A DNA stretch of 32,000 bases from Sulfolobus acidocaldarius DSM 639 (GCF_000012285.1 NC_007181.1:690001-722000), one strand, 5' to 3'; shown: positions 8,592-17,632, numbered from the stretch's first letter. Translations and numbers: made by a program. The notes: generated by a model from the letters alone, not told the origin.

Positions 8592-10817
8592 TCACTGAAC
8601 GAGACTCCATAAAACAACACTTACGCTGTTCATTGACATCGCTAGAGCTGCAATTTCAGGAGATATGTAAATATGAGGATAAAGGAGACCAGCAGCTAGG
8701 GGCATTAATATTATGTTGTAGACTAAAGCCCATAATACATTTTCCTTAACCTTTCTTACTATTCTAGTGCTCTGGCTTAGTAGGTAGGGAAGTTGTGAGA
8801 GATTGGAAATTATTATATCTCCTGCATATTTTGCGATATCAGTTCCTGAAGAAATAGCAATTCCAACGTGGGATTCTTTTAATGCAATAGCATCATTTAC
8901 ACCATCACCAATAAACACTGTAGGTTTTTCCCTGACTAATTCTGCTTTCTCCTCTGCTGAGAGTCCTTTATGTAATTTTACACCTAGTGATTTAGCTACT
9001 TCATCTGCAAATTTACTGGAGTCTCCAGTAGCTATTTCTACGTCATAACCATGTTTTTTCAAATACTCTATGACCATTTTTGCTTCGGGTCTAATTTCGT
9101 CACTAATCCAAATTTTTCCTTCTAACTTACCATCCTTACACACAAGAATGTCCGCATCATCCACGATTTCATCAGTTTGACAATTGTTTAATACGAATTC
9201 CTTTTTCCCCACGATTATTTCATGTCCGTTAACCTTACCGTAAACTCCCTGACCCTGGAATTCAGTGAAATCTTCAATCTTCTTCTCTGTCATATCTGAA
9301 TGTAACTGGGCTATAGCTTTTGCAATGGGATGATTACTAAGACTTTCTAATGCTGAGGCTAGTTGTATATCTCCCTCAGTCTTTATGATTTTTATTTTCC
9401 CTGATGTTATCGTACCAGTTTTATCAAAAATAACTCTCTTGGTCTCATTTAGCCTCTGTAGAGCATCACCATTCCTTACAATTATACCTGTCTTAGCAAG
9501 TTTTCTTATGCCTATCATTATAGCAGTAGGTGTAGCGAGTCCAAATCCACATGGGCATGCAGACGCGAGAACTGCTATTCCTATTAATAGAGAGAATGTA
9601 AAGTCAGCGTGAAAAATGTAGTACCAAAAAATTGACGATAAAACTGAAATTACTATTACAAACGGTACAAAGATAGATGATACTTTATCAACTAATTTTT
9701 GAATGGGCAATTTGGTAAATTCAGCCTCTTTTATTGCACTTACCACCTGAGAGATATATGCCCTGTTGCCACTTCTCGTGACGTATACCGTTAACGCGCC
9801 TGTTTGAACTATGGATCCTCCTATAACTGGGTCACCTTTCTTTTTAGTAGTTGGTAACGCTTCTCCTGTATAGATGGACTCGTCAACAGTAGCCTCACCA
9901 CTCTCAACCACACCATCTGCGGGTATAATATCACCGGTTTTTACGACTACCAAATCACCCACTTTTAATTCGTTAGAGTTAATTTCGTATTCTTTTCCAT
10001 TCTCAATTTTTCTTGCTTTCACTTGTGTTAGTTTTATGACATCCTCACTGATCTTTTCTTTCAGGAATGCTTCCAGAAGCTTTCCAATAAGTATAAATGT
10101 AATTAGTGATGAGGAAGTAAGGAAGAAAGGCTCTTTTCCAATAAAAATCTGGATTAGGCTGTAGATCCATGCTGTATTAGAAGATAAGGAGACTAAAACG
10201 TCCATGTTGGTAGTTCTGTTTCTTATGGCTCTAATCATTCCTCTATGAAATGGGTATCCCGAATAGAATTGAGTTGGAATAGACAATACGAGTTGGAGAA
10301 CTATATTGTTTATGAACAAAAGGGGTAAGGTAGTAAATACGGCTACTAATAATCTGACTAAAAAATCTTTATATTCAGATTTTTTGGCTATTTTCTCTGT
10401 TTCAATATTTGCTTTATATCCTTTCCTATTTAGTTCGTCTAATATTACCTCAGGTGATACACTAAGTGGATTTATCTCAACTATCACTCTTTCCATTCCA
10501 ACTTTTACGGAAATGACTCCATCGATATTTTCTATTATATCCTTAACCTTACCTATTTCGTCCTGATTAATATTTAATTTCATAATAAACTCTTGAGTTA
10601 TTATATCATAGCCTGCTTTCCTGATAGCCTGTATAACGTTCTTCAGTTTTTTGTTATCCTCGATTACTATCTTAGCCTCTCCTGAAGTAAGGTTAACTGA
10701 AGCATCTTTTACACCTTGGACACTCAATATAGCCTTCGTGACAGTTTCTACACACGTAGCACAATGCATACCCACTACTTTTAATTCTTCCTCTTTGGAG
10801 ATTCTATAGTTAGGCAT
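8592..10817 (-). CDS. copA: copper-translocating P1B-type ATPase
   Basis: It has an N-terminal HMA domain with GMHCATCV, a transmembrane CPC motif (SACPCGFGLATP), the DKTGT phosphorylation site and a GDGVNDA hinge. A second HMA-like repeat (about aa 78-140) lacks the CxxC pair. Confidence 0.92.
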   Translation of the reverse strand: MPNYRISKEEELKVVGMHCATCVETVTKAILSVQGVKDASVNLTSGEAKIVIEDNKKLKNVIQAIRKAGYDIITQEFIMKLNINQDEIGKVKDIIENIDGVISVKVGMERVIVEINPLSVSPEVILDELNRKGYKANIETEKIAKKSEYKDFLVRLLVAVFTTLPLLFINNIVLQLVLSIPTQFYSGYPFHRGMIRAIRNRTTNMDVLVSLSSNTAWIYSLIQIFIGKEPFFLTSSSLITFILIGKLLEAFLKEKISEDVIKLTQVKARKIENGKEYEINSNELKVGDLVVVKTGDIIPADGVVESGEATVDESIYTGEALPTTKKKGDPVIGGSIVQTGALTVYVTRSGNRAYISQVVSAIKEAEFTKLPIQKLVDKVSSIFVPFVIVISVLSSIFWYYIFHADFTFSLLIGIAVLASACPCGFGLATPTAIMIGIRKLAKTGIIVRNGDALQRLNETKRVIFDKTGTITSGKIKIIKTEGDIQLASALESLSNHPIAKAIAQLHSDMTEKKIEDFTEFQGQGVYGKVNGHEIIVGKKEFVLNNCQTDEIVDDADILVCKDGKLEGKIWISDEIRPEAKMVIEYLKKHGYDVEIATGDSSKFADEVAKSLGVKLHKGLSAEEKAELVREKPTVFIGDGVNDAIALKESHVGIAISSGTDIAKYAGDIIISNLSQLPYLLSQSTRIVRKVKENVLWALVYNIILMPLAAGLLYPHIYISPEIAALAMSMNSVSVVLWSLVQ

Positions 10818-10977
10818 CTGGCATGCCTTTTGGTCCTTTGGTTAAATATTCCTGAGGATCTTTATCGAATGCTTTCTTGCAGTGAGGACTACAGAAGTAA
10901 TATATTTTTCCCTTGTACATGCTTTTATATTGACTATTTTCTTCTACTTCCATTCCACAGACTGGATCTATTTGCAT
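10810..10977 (-). CDS. copT: TRASH/YHS-domain copper chaperone, 55 aa (CopT; called CopM in an alternative nomenclature)
   Basis: Hand translation gives MQIDPVCGMEVEENSQYKSMYKGKIYYFCSPHCKKAFDKDPQEYLTKGPKGMPDA, with a C-x21-C-x3-C TRASH signature. It overlaps the copA start by 8 nt (ATGCCTAA). It is too short for the ORF track. Confidence 0.8.
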   Translation of the reverse strand: MQIDPVCGMEVEENSQYKSMYKGKIYYFCSPHCKKAFDKDPQEYLTKGPKGMPDA

Positions 10978-11052
10978 AAGATTAACTCGCTAACAATAAA
11001 TAAATAGATATCGTTGACATTATCCACATTAACATTAAAAACAACGCAGTGT

Positions 11053-11069
11053 AATTTACTTTGTAAATT
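11053..11069. promoter_or_regulatory. 7-bp inverted repeat AATTTAC-TTT-GTAAATT in the copT/copR divergent intergenic region
   Basis: A perfect 7-bp inverted repeat with a 3-nt spacer lies about 40-55 nt upstream of the copR ATG at 11108. The sequence is AT-rich, so a chance occurrence is plausible. Confidence 0.2.
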
Positions 11070-11107
11070 TAATGTCGGCTTTTAAGATACAAAGCATATT
11101 ATTTATT

Positions 11108-11617
11108 ATGGCTGTTAAATTAACGCCATTAGAGTATAAGGTTCTTAATATACTTAAAGAAGATTCTAGGAGGAGTGCAAGTAGTATAGCTAAAGAGTTA
11201 CAAGTGAGTAGAGCCACAATAGCTAAGACGATCAAATCACTTAGAAGTAAAAACATTAAATTTTCTGTGGAATATTGGGAAGAAGGAGAATTAGCAGTAT
11301 TTGCTATATCCAAAGAATGTTTGAAGGGTTCCAAGGAGTGTTACAAGCTCATAGATGGGAGGTCTGTTTCGATTATTAGAGGTAGTTTTGATCATATACA
11401 GCAGATTCTTGAGCAGAACAAGATAAAGAATTACCTATTAGCAGTGGATAAAGTGGACTCAACTAAGGTCATTAAGGAAGGGTTATACTGTGATTATTGT
11501 GGTGGTGAGATAAAGGGTACTCCTATTACTTTAAAGGTTAGAAGAAGGATTTACTACACTTGTTGTAATACATGCAAGGAACATTTGAGAAAAAAATTAA
11601 GTACTAGTCAAGTTTAA
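11108..11617 (+). CDS. copR: copper-responsive transcriptional regulator (Lrp/AsnC-type HTH plus a C-terminal TRASH domain)
   Basis: From the ATG at 11108 it reads MAVKLTPLEYKVLNILKEDSRRSASSIAKELQVSRATIAKTIKSL (HTH). The C-terminus reads YCDYCGGEIKGTPITLKVRRRIYYTCCNTCKEH (Cys-rich TRASH). The track start at 11072 adds 12 unlikely residues. Confidence 0.8.
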   Translation: MAVKLTPLEYKVLNILKEDSRRSASSIAKELQVSRATIAKTIKSLRSKNIKFSVEYWEEGELAVFAISKECLKGSKECYKLIDGRSVSIIRGSFDHIQQILEQNKIKNYLLAVDKVDSTKVIKEGLYCDYCGGEIKGTPITLKVRRRIYYTCCNTCKEHLRKKLSTSQV

Positions 11618-11643
11618 AACGATCTAAACTAAAATGAATTATA

Positions 11644-11922
11644 ATGGATAAAGCAATTGAAGCTGGATTATTGAAATTTTCAGAATACGTAGAGAAGGCT
11701 GGATTGTTTGTAGACAATGACGGAAACTACTTTTTAATAGGTGTGGGTAAGGTAAATTGTAAGAAAAACTCCGCAATTATAGATCAGGTGTTAGACGAAA
11801 TTTATAAATATACTAATGAGATAAATATCACAATTTTAATAGTCCCTGAAGAAGTTTATTCTAACATTTCTACTGGAACTTATAAAAAAATAACTGAAAT
11901 GATGAATTTTAGGGGAGCCTGA
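11644..11922 (+). CDS. hypothetical protein, 92 aa
   Basis: The ORF starts at an ATG 26 nt after the copR stop. I recognise no motif. Confidence 0.5.
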   Translation: MDKAIEAGLLKFSEYVEKAGLFVDNDGNYFLIGVGKVNCKKNSAIIDQVLDEIYKYTNEINITILIVPEEVYSNISTGTYKKITEMMNFRGA

Positions 11923-11950
11923 TAGGTGAGGATGCGGTTACTCGCTGAAG

Positions 11951-11958
11951 ATATATAT
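11951..11958 (+). promoter_or_regulatory. TATA-like box for the AAA+ ATPase gene
   Basis: ATATATAT is centred about 30 nt upstream of the ATG at 11985. Confidence 0.4.
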
Positions 11959-11984
11959 TTTTCTTATAGTATTTTTAATTTAAT

Positions 11985-13760
11985 ATGGTGGTATCTAACA
12001 ATACTAATACTACTGCAATACCTACCTTATTGAGTGATTATTCTAGTTATATAATCCTTGCAATTCAGGTGTTACTGTTCATTATACCAATACTATTCTT
12101 TGTGTATTATATGAGGCGAATGGGAATTGGAGTTGGTAACAGGAAAAAAGAATTGGAGGCTAAGATGAGAAATATACCCTCAGTTTCATGGGAGCAAATA
12201 TATGATATGAAAGAACTAAAGCAAAAACTTCTAGATATATCAAACTATGTCATGTCAAGGAAAAGGGCATATGGCGTAATACTTTTCGGTCCTCCCGGAA
12301 CAGGTAAGACCAGTATTGCAAAAGCCTTAGCCAACAACTTAAAGTGGAATTACTTTGAGTTAAGAAGTAGCGATATACTTAGTAAATGGTACGGAGAGAG
12401 TGAATTTTTATTAGAAAATTTCTTTAATACAGTAGAGCTTAATGTGCCTGCTATTATTGTAATAGATGAGATAGACGGCTTCACTTTAAGGAGAGAAGGG
12501 GATATTCATGAAGTAACGCATAGACTTGTGAATATACTCCTTAACAGGCTACAAGATATTCACGACAAGAGACTACCAGTAATCATAATTGGCACCACTA
12601 ATCTGCCACAGGAGATAGACGAAGCATTACTTAGACCTGGAAGATTCGATGAAATAATTTATGTACCTTTACCAGATGAGAAGGCTAGAGAAGAGATATG
12701 GTTAGGCTACACCAAGGGTTTGAGTGTTGATTGTAAGTTGTTAGCAAATAAGAGTAATAGACTATCTCCTGCAGATATAAAAGAGATAGTAGAGAGTGTG
12801 AGTATAGAATGTAGTAAAGAGGGGAGAGAGCCAACCACGCAAGATTTCATAAGGTATTTGGATAATTTCAAGCCTTCTGTATCTATTCAGACTTTGATAA
12901 AATTCGAAAATTTATCTAAGAAATACTCAAGGCATAAATTGGGAGAAAAGCCTTATGGCATAGCTAATATAAAATGGGACGACTTAGGAGATCTTGACGA
13001 GATAAAGAAAGTAATTAGAGAGTCAGTAGAATTGCCTATGAAAAACAAAGATATAGCAAATAAATTGGGAATTAAGCCTGTAAAAGGCATTCTGTTATAT
13101 GGTCCTCCCGGAACAGGTAAGACCAGTATTGCAAAGGCGCTTGCAAACGAGTTGCAGGCATCTTTTATTGTCGTTTCAGGAGACGAGATCTCTTCTGTGG
13201 GTCCTTTTAAAGCAGGCGAACTTATAGCTGAAAAATTTCATATCGCTAAGGATAACTCTCCTTCTATAATTTTTATAGATGAAATAGATATGATAGCTAG
13301 GACTAGAGGTGAGAATGAGTGGCGAGGCGCATTGACCGAGCTCTTATCAGAAATGGATGGGATTAGGGAGAACGAGGATGTGATTATTATAGGTGCCACA
13401 AATAGACCATGGGATTTGGATCCCGCTTTACTTAGAGCAGGTAGATTTGATAGGATTATTTATGTGCCTCCACCTGACTATGAGGGGAGAGTGAAGGTAC
13501 TTAAAGTTCTCACTAAAGGCTTGTCAGTTGATGAAGAAATACTTAATAAAGTTTCGAGAATGACGAACAATTATACGCCAGCAGATCTTAAACTTGTAGT
13601 AGATGAAATCAGAAGGAATCTGTTAAAAGAAGCTACCTCCACGGGAAATATAAGGACAAGCCTAAACTTTGATGATTTTGTAAGAGTTTTAGCATACATT
13701 AAACCCAGTGTAAATGTAGAATTACTAAAGATGTATGAACAATTCAGAGTTGAAAGGTAA
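11985..13760 (+). CDS. membrane-anchored tandem AAA+ ATPase (Cdc48-like D1+D2 modules, with one N-terminal TM helix replacing the usual N domain)
   Basis: The TM helix is YIILAIQVLLFIIPILFFVYYM. There are two Walker A sites (GPPGTGKTS), two Walker B sites (IIVIDEIDG, IIFIDEIDM) and two SRH regions (GTTNLPQEIDEALLRPGRFD, GATNRPWDLDPALLRAGRFD). Confidence 0.85.
   Translation: MVVSNNTNTTAIPTLLSDYSSYIILAIQVLLFIIPILFFVYYMRRMGIGVGNRKKELEAKMRNIPSVSWEQIYDMKELKQKLLDISNYVMSRKRAYGVILFGPPGTGKTSIAKALANNLKWNYFELRSSDILSKWYGESEFLLENFFNTVELNVPAIIVIDEIDGFTLRREGDIHEVTHRLVNILLNRLQDIHDKRLPVIIIGTTNLPQEIDEALLRPGRFDEIIYVPLPDEKAREEIWLGYTKGLSVDCKLLANKSNRLSPADIKEIVESVSIECSKEGREPTTQDFIRYLDNFKPSVSIQTLIKFENLSKKYSRHKLGEKPYGIANIKWDDLGDLDEIKKVIRESVELPMKNKDIANKLGIKPVKGILLYGPPGTGKTSIAKALANELQASFIVVSGDEISSVGPFKAGELIAEKFHIAKDNSPSIIFIDEIDMIARTRGENEWRGALTELLSEMDGIRENEDVIIIGATNRPWDLDPALLRAGRFDRIIYVPPPDYEGRVKVLKVLTKGLSVDEEILNKVSRMTNNYTPADLKLVVDEIRRNLLKEATSTGNIRTSLNFDDFVRVLAYIKPSVNVELLKMYEQFRVER
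12288..12322 (+). repeat. copy 1 of a 35-nt identical tract (D1 Walker A)
   Basis: GGTCCTCCCGGAACAGGTAAGACCAGTATTGCAAA is identical to 13101..13135. Confidence 0.9.
13101..13135 (+). repeat. copy 2 of the 35-nt identical tract (D2 Walker A)
   Basis: It is identical to 12288..12322. The flanking codons for the same residues (ALAN) use different synonymous codons. Confidence 0.9.
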
Positions 13761-13770
13761 TTTTTAAATT
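13761..13770 (+). promoter_or_regulatory. TATA-like box for the 185-aa membrane protein gene
   Basis: TTTTTAAATT is centred about 27 nt upstream of the ATG at 13792. Confidence 0.45.
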
Positions 13771-13791
13771 ATCGGAAATTAAGTTTTATGC

Positions 13792-14349
13792 ATGAAAACT
13801 GTATTTAATGATAGACGTGCAATAATATATGGTGTAGTGTTCTCTATAGCGTCATATGTGACCGCTGCAATATTAGCTGTGGGATCATCAGTTTACGCTT
13901 TAGGATCTTTCTTAGATCCCATAGTTACGCTGACTGTACCCTTAATACTTATATCAATTGGATTACAGGCTATGAATAAGAGATATAGTATTATTCTTTT
14001 AGCATTGATAAATTCTCTTCTTTATTATATTACTAGTCCTGCACTCCTATTTATGGTTCCTACATTTCTAGTTTCAGGAGTAATAGATGAAGTAATCTCG
14101 TGGGCTATAGGATACAGAGGATTAAGGGCTGTAATGATAAATACAACAGTGGTTGGCGGGCTTATAGGTGTTCTCAGTGTATTTTTTGGGAGTATACTTA
14201 TAGGAATTTATGGTTCTGTACCATTTAGTAGCCTATTGCTAGCTTATGTAATATTTGGAGTGATATATTTCGTAGAAAGTGCAATTATGGGATATATATC
14301 TTATAAGATTGGTTCTTACTTAATAAATTCAGGAATAATGAAATCTTGA
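13792..14349 (+). CDS. 6-TM membrane protein, ECF-transporter S-component-like (substrate unknown)
   Basis: It is 185 aa with six hydrophobic segments, matching the size and topology of ECF S components. Its stop overlaps the next ATG (TGATG). Confidence 0.55.
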   Translation: MKTVFNDRRAIIYGVVFSIASYVTAAILAVGSSVYALGSFLDPIVTLTVPLILISIGLQAMNKRYSIILLALINSLLYYITSPALLFMVPTFLVSGVIDEVISWAIGYRGLRAVMINTTVVGGLIGVLSVFFGSILIGIYGSVPFSSLLLAYVIFGVIYFVESAIMGYISYKIGSYLINSGIMKS

Positions 14350-15005
14350 TGAATGATCTTGCTCCTGAGAAGATGAGGATAATGCAGGTCGCTGATGGTA
14401 AGTTATCTTTCTTTTACTCCATCTTCTCAGTATTTTTTATTTTTTATTCTATTTCATTTTCAATTTCTATCATACCATTCCTATTTAGTGTTTTTCTTAC
14501 ATTAAAGAGAGGAAAATTATTGTTAATTGAATTTTTAGTCATTATCGTCTCGTATATTGTGTTATATGTAGTAAATAGGGAAAATTTTCTAATATTTACG
14601 TTTAGAGTTTTATCATATGTAAATATTTTTATTGGATTGTCTGAAAAGATAGATTATAGTACAATAATTGATACGCTAGGTAGTAAAGGAGTTCCATTAG
14701 TGATCTCTATCGCTTACATTCCATTCTTCTACAGAGTAAGTAGAGAATTAATTTTTAACATGAGAGCACGAAAGGTTAGATTTTCCTTCTCAAACTATGT
14801 TCTTCCTTTAACTGTTCAGACTATAAAGGTCGCAGAAGATCTTTACGTATCTTATAATTTGAAATTATATGGAAACTTGATAAGGAAGAGAAATTTTAAA
14901 CCTAGGAAGATTGATATTCTATTACTAATAGCATCAGTCTCTGTATTGCTTGTTTCATGTGTATACAATCCTCATTTCCTCCAGATTTACAACTTTGTCG
15001 CATAA
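14349..15005 (+). CDS. membrane protein, ECF T-component (CbiQ/EcfT)-like
   Basis: It is about 218 aa and polytopic, with an Arg-containing putative coupling segment [13 protein letters not shown]. It is translationally coupled to the preceding gene. The track start at 14346 is a TTG and there is an ATG at 14349. Confidence 0.5.
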   Translation: MNDLAPEKMRIMQVADGKLSFFYSIFSVFFIFYSISFSISIIPFLFSVFLTLKRGKLLLIEFLVIIVSYIVLYVVNRENFLIFTFRVLSYVNIFIGLSEKIDYSTIIDTLGSKGVPLVISIAYIPFFYRVSRELIFNMRARKVRFSFSNYVLPLTVQTIKVAEDLYVSYNLKLYGNLIRKRNFKPRKIDILLLIASVSVLLVSCVYNPHFLQIYNFVA

Positions 15006-16073
15006 TGATAATATATCCTCATCATGAGTTGCTATTATCATAGCTTTTCCCTCCTCCTTCAAGATTTTTACCATTTGATAAAAGCTCAATAGTGCTTCGC
15101 CGTCCATTCCAACACTAGGTTCATCAAAACCAATTACCTTGGAGCCTGATGCAAAAGCCGTAGCTATAAGTACTCTCATCTTTTGACCATAACTCAGTGT
15201 GAAAGGACTCTTTTCTGCAAGATCTTTTATCTTAAAAAGTCTCAAAGCTTCCTCATCTTTAACCTCATCAATTACCCTAGGTTTAAAAAATTGCAAGTCT
15301 GGGTTCTGAAATATAATATAAACCTTATTCACTAATTTCTTTAATGTAGTTGTTTTTCCGACTCCGTTCCTCCCGACCAGACATAATATTTCTCCTTCTC
15401 TCAATTTAATCCAGGAATACTCGAATATTACTTTATCTTTAGGTTTAATGTTGATCTCAGGTAGCTTAAATCCTCTAAGTCCTTCCTCTCTAAGAAATTT
15501 CTCGTCATACAATTTTTCTTTTTCGATTTCAACAATTCTATTTATTTCCTTTATTAGATAGACTTTAGATACAAGATCCCTTATTTCTTTTATTCTGTGC
15601 TCAGCTATGAGAGAGCCTTTCGGTATTATTTCCTTCACTAATTTTGTTGAATATTTATCTAGGTTAGCAAAAGGTTCATCTAGCAAGATATGTTTAGGAT
15701 TTGAAGACAAAGCAGAGGCGATTACAAACCTCTTTTTGTAGCCGTCAGATAGAGTGTAAAAATCCCTATTTATATAATTTTCCATTATTTTCTTTGCTAT
15801 ATTAAAATCAATAGTATGGAATAATGATCTTAATTTAAGCTCTTCCTCGCAAGTTAAAGCCAGAATCTGTGTTGCTGGCTCTTGGAAAACCCCAGTTAAT
15901 TTAGAGTATTCTCTGTGCTCGCAGAAATCATCCCCATCTAAAATAATCTTAAACCTATTTTGTCCAAGACACAAAGCGTTCTTTATCAAGGTTGTTTTTC
16001 CACTTCCATTTTTACCCACTAATCCTACTATGTCATTATCATCGATAACTAATGTATCATTTATCGATAGCAC
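14955..16073 (-). CDS. fused double ABC ATPase (EcfA-A'/CbiO-like), unusually compact at 372 aa
   Basis: NBD1 has [33 protein letters not shown] and AEH. NBD2 has [36 protein letters not shown] and ATHD. It starts at a GTG. Its 3' end overlaps the convergent T-component gene by 51 nt. Confidence 0.8.
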   Translation of the reverse strand: MLSINDTLVIDDNDIVGLVGKNGSGKTTLIKNALCLGQNRFKIILDGDDFCEHREYSKLTGVFQEPATQILALTCEEELKLRSLFHTIDFNIAKKIMENYINRDFYTLSDGYKKRFVIASALSSNPKHILLDEPFANLDKYSTKLVKEIIPKGSLIAEHRIKEIRDLVSKVYLIKEINRIVEIEKEKLYDEKFLREEGLRGFKLPEINIKPKDKVIFEYSWIKLREGEILCLVGRNGVGKTTTLKKLVNKVYIIFQNPDLQFFKPRVIDEVKDEEALRLFKIKDLAEKSPFTLSYGQKMRVLIATAFASGSKVIGFDEPSVGMDGEALLSFYQMVKILKEEGKAMIIATHDEDILSLCDKVVNLEEMRIVYT

Positions 16074-16322
16074 CGTAATTCTGCTTATTTTTAGTAGCTG
16101 TAAACGTATATGAATTTTGTTAATATCTATTAGTCTTTGACCGTTCTAGTAAATTAAATATTATTTTTGATAAGTGAAATTAGGACAATTACCAATTAGA
16201 ATTCCTATATAGACTTACCAACTTATGATTAAACAAGAATTGAAAATACATTAAAAACAGTAGAGTTTTAAGAGAGCACTTTTTAGTATTCAAATATGTG
16301 AGATACTACAATCTCATGGAGT

Positions 16323-17528
16323 TTAGATTAGAAATTCTTTGAACCAGTTTACTGTAATGATCTTGTTCCAAAGGTTTACCTTATCACTTACTTCACAGTC
16401 ATTACAAAGCTTTACGTCCTCTCCTCTGGTCTTATAATACCACATCGATATAGGGTCTATTATTTCTATCTTTTCTTTTGTAACACTTCTTACACATTCT
16501 ACGTCATAGAGAAGATTCTCCAACTCAAATATGTCTTTAACATACTTACTCCCTATTCCTTTAGAAATAACGGTGTTTACGAAATTACTAAGTAATTTAT
16601 CAAAGCTCTGATAGTCAATACTAAAATTATACTGCGTGACCGTGAATGAGGAAAGTAAGTATTGATTTATGGTAAAGAGTCCTTTATCGTGATATTCAAA
16701 TAAATTATATCCACCTATTCTGATGAACTTCTCGCCGTCATGAAGAAAATAGCCAATGTATAGCTCGTTTTTACTGTTATCAGTTAAATCCAGGAATTCT
16801 AATTGAATTGGTCTTAGGTTACCTTTACTATTCGTTGTGAAAAATTTTCCCATTCTTTTCCTCATTTTTCTTCCTAAAAATACGTCATGACCAATTTCTC
16901 CCATGTCTACGAACATTGCTGTAAAGAAAGTGAAATTATCGACAGATGAAATAGGATTACCTTTTTGTAGATCGAATTTTATGGTAGATAGTACGTAATT
17001 AATGGCTTTTACATCTGCTGATAGGTTACTTATTGTATCGTTTCTGATATGCGAAATTCCTTTTACGATCTTATCAATGTATACTAAGCATAGATTTTGA
17101 AGTACCAATGATACTAATTTACCCTCCTTAGTGAAGAGAGGAATTATATCATATTCAGGTGGTAATTCCTTCATTTTTACAATTAGATCTTCCACTCTCT
17201 CTTTGTGTTTGACTACCTTCTTTGGTGTCTCCTTCTTTGGCTGACATTCTTGTAGTTCAAGATTATTAGTTATTTCTAGTTCATCAATGTTAATTTGTAG
17301 ATAATCTGAGATCTGTGATAGAAGGTCCAGGACAGCCCTGTGGACTGTTGCTTTATTATAAACCTCCTTAAACTTCCTCATATTGTTCTCTTTGCATATA
17401 GATGCTATCACTGTGTAATCGTCCTCTTTCTTAATTAATATTGTAAAATTATCCCTAGTCTTAACTGCTATTAGTGAACCTGGTTTTATGTGCTCGAATA
17501 GATAGATCAGTAAATCAAATGCCTTCAT
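16323..17528 (-). CDS. hypothetical protein (about 401 aa from the ATG at 17528; 419 aa if the TTG at 17582 is used), with no recognisable domain
   Basis: It is a long uninterrupted ORF in an AT-rich context. A Lys-rich linker (QPKKETPKKVVKHKERVED) separates an N-terminal part of about 100 aa from a C-terminal part of about 290 aa. I see no catalytic or binding motif. Confidence 0.6.
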   Translation of the reverse strand: MKAFDLLIYLFEHIKPGSLIAVKTRDNFTILIKKEDDYTVIASICKENNMRKFKEVYNKATVHRAVLDLLSQISDYLQINIDELEITNNLELQECQPKKETPKKVVKHKERVEDLIVKMKELPPEYDIIPLFTKEGKLVSLVLQNLCLVYIDKIVKGISHIRNDTISNLSADVKAINYVLSTIKFDLQKGNPISSVDNFTFFTAMFVDMGEIGHDVFLGRKMRKRMGKFFTTNSKGNLRPIQLEFLDLTDNSKNELYIGYFLHDGEKFIRIGGYNLFEYHDKGLFTINQYLLSSFTVTQYNFSIDYQSFDKLLSNFVNTVISKGIGSKYVKDIFELENLLYDVECVRSVTKEKIEIIDPISMWYYKTRGEDVKLCNDCEVSDKVNLWNKIITVNWFKEFLI

Positions 17529-17542
17529 TATTACAAAAATCC

Positions 17543-17632
17543 AGTGAACTAGGTTTAATACATTTATTGCTCTATTTGGCAAGTAACTCTTGACTTAAAA
17601 TAAGTGAACATATGTGTAATATAGAGTTCACT
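17543..17632. promoter_or_regulatory. three copies of the heptamer AGTGAAC (two direct, one inverted) at the 5' end of the orphan gene
   Basis: AGTGAAC occurs at 17543..17549 and 17603..17609, and GTTCACT at 17626..17632. The last two form AAGTGAAC-n16-GTTCACTT (17602..17633). Confidence 0.3.

Noticed and set aside
7827-10566. Five + strand ORFs (7827..8135, 8803..9048, 9385..9612, 9874..10164, 10306..10566)
   Set aside because: All are antisense shadows of htpX or copA. They are Ser/Pro/Thr/Ile-rich low-complexity translations.
11056-11334. 92-aa minus-strand ORF and the 11072 start of the copR ORF
   Set aside because: The minus-strand ORF is antisense to copR. The 12 extra N-terminal residues from 11072 precede a better ATG (11108) placed right before the HTH domain.
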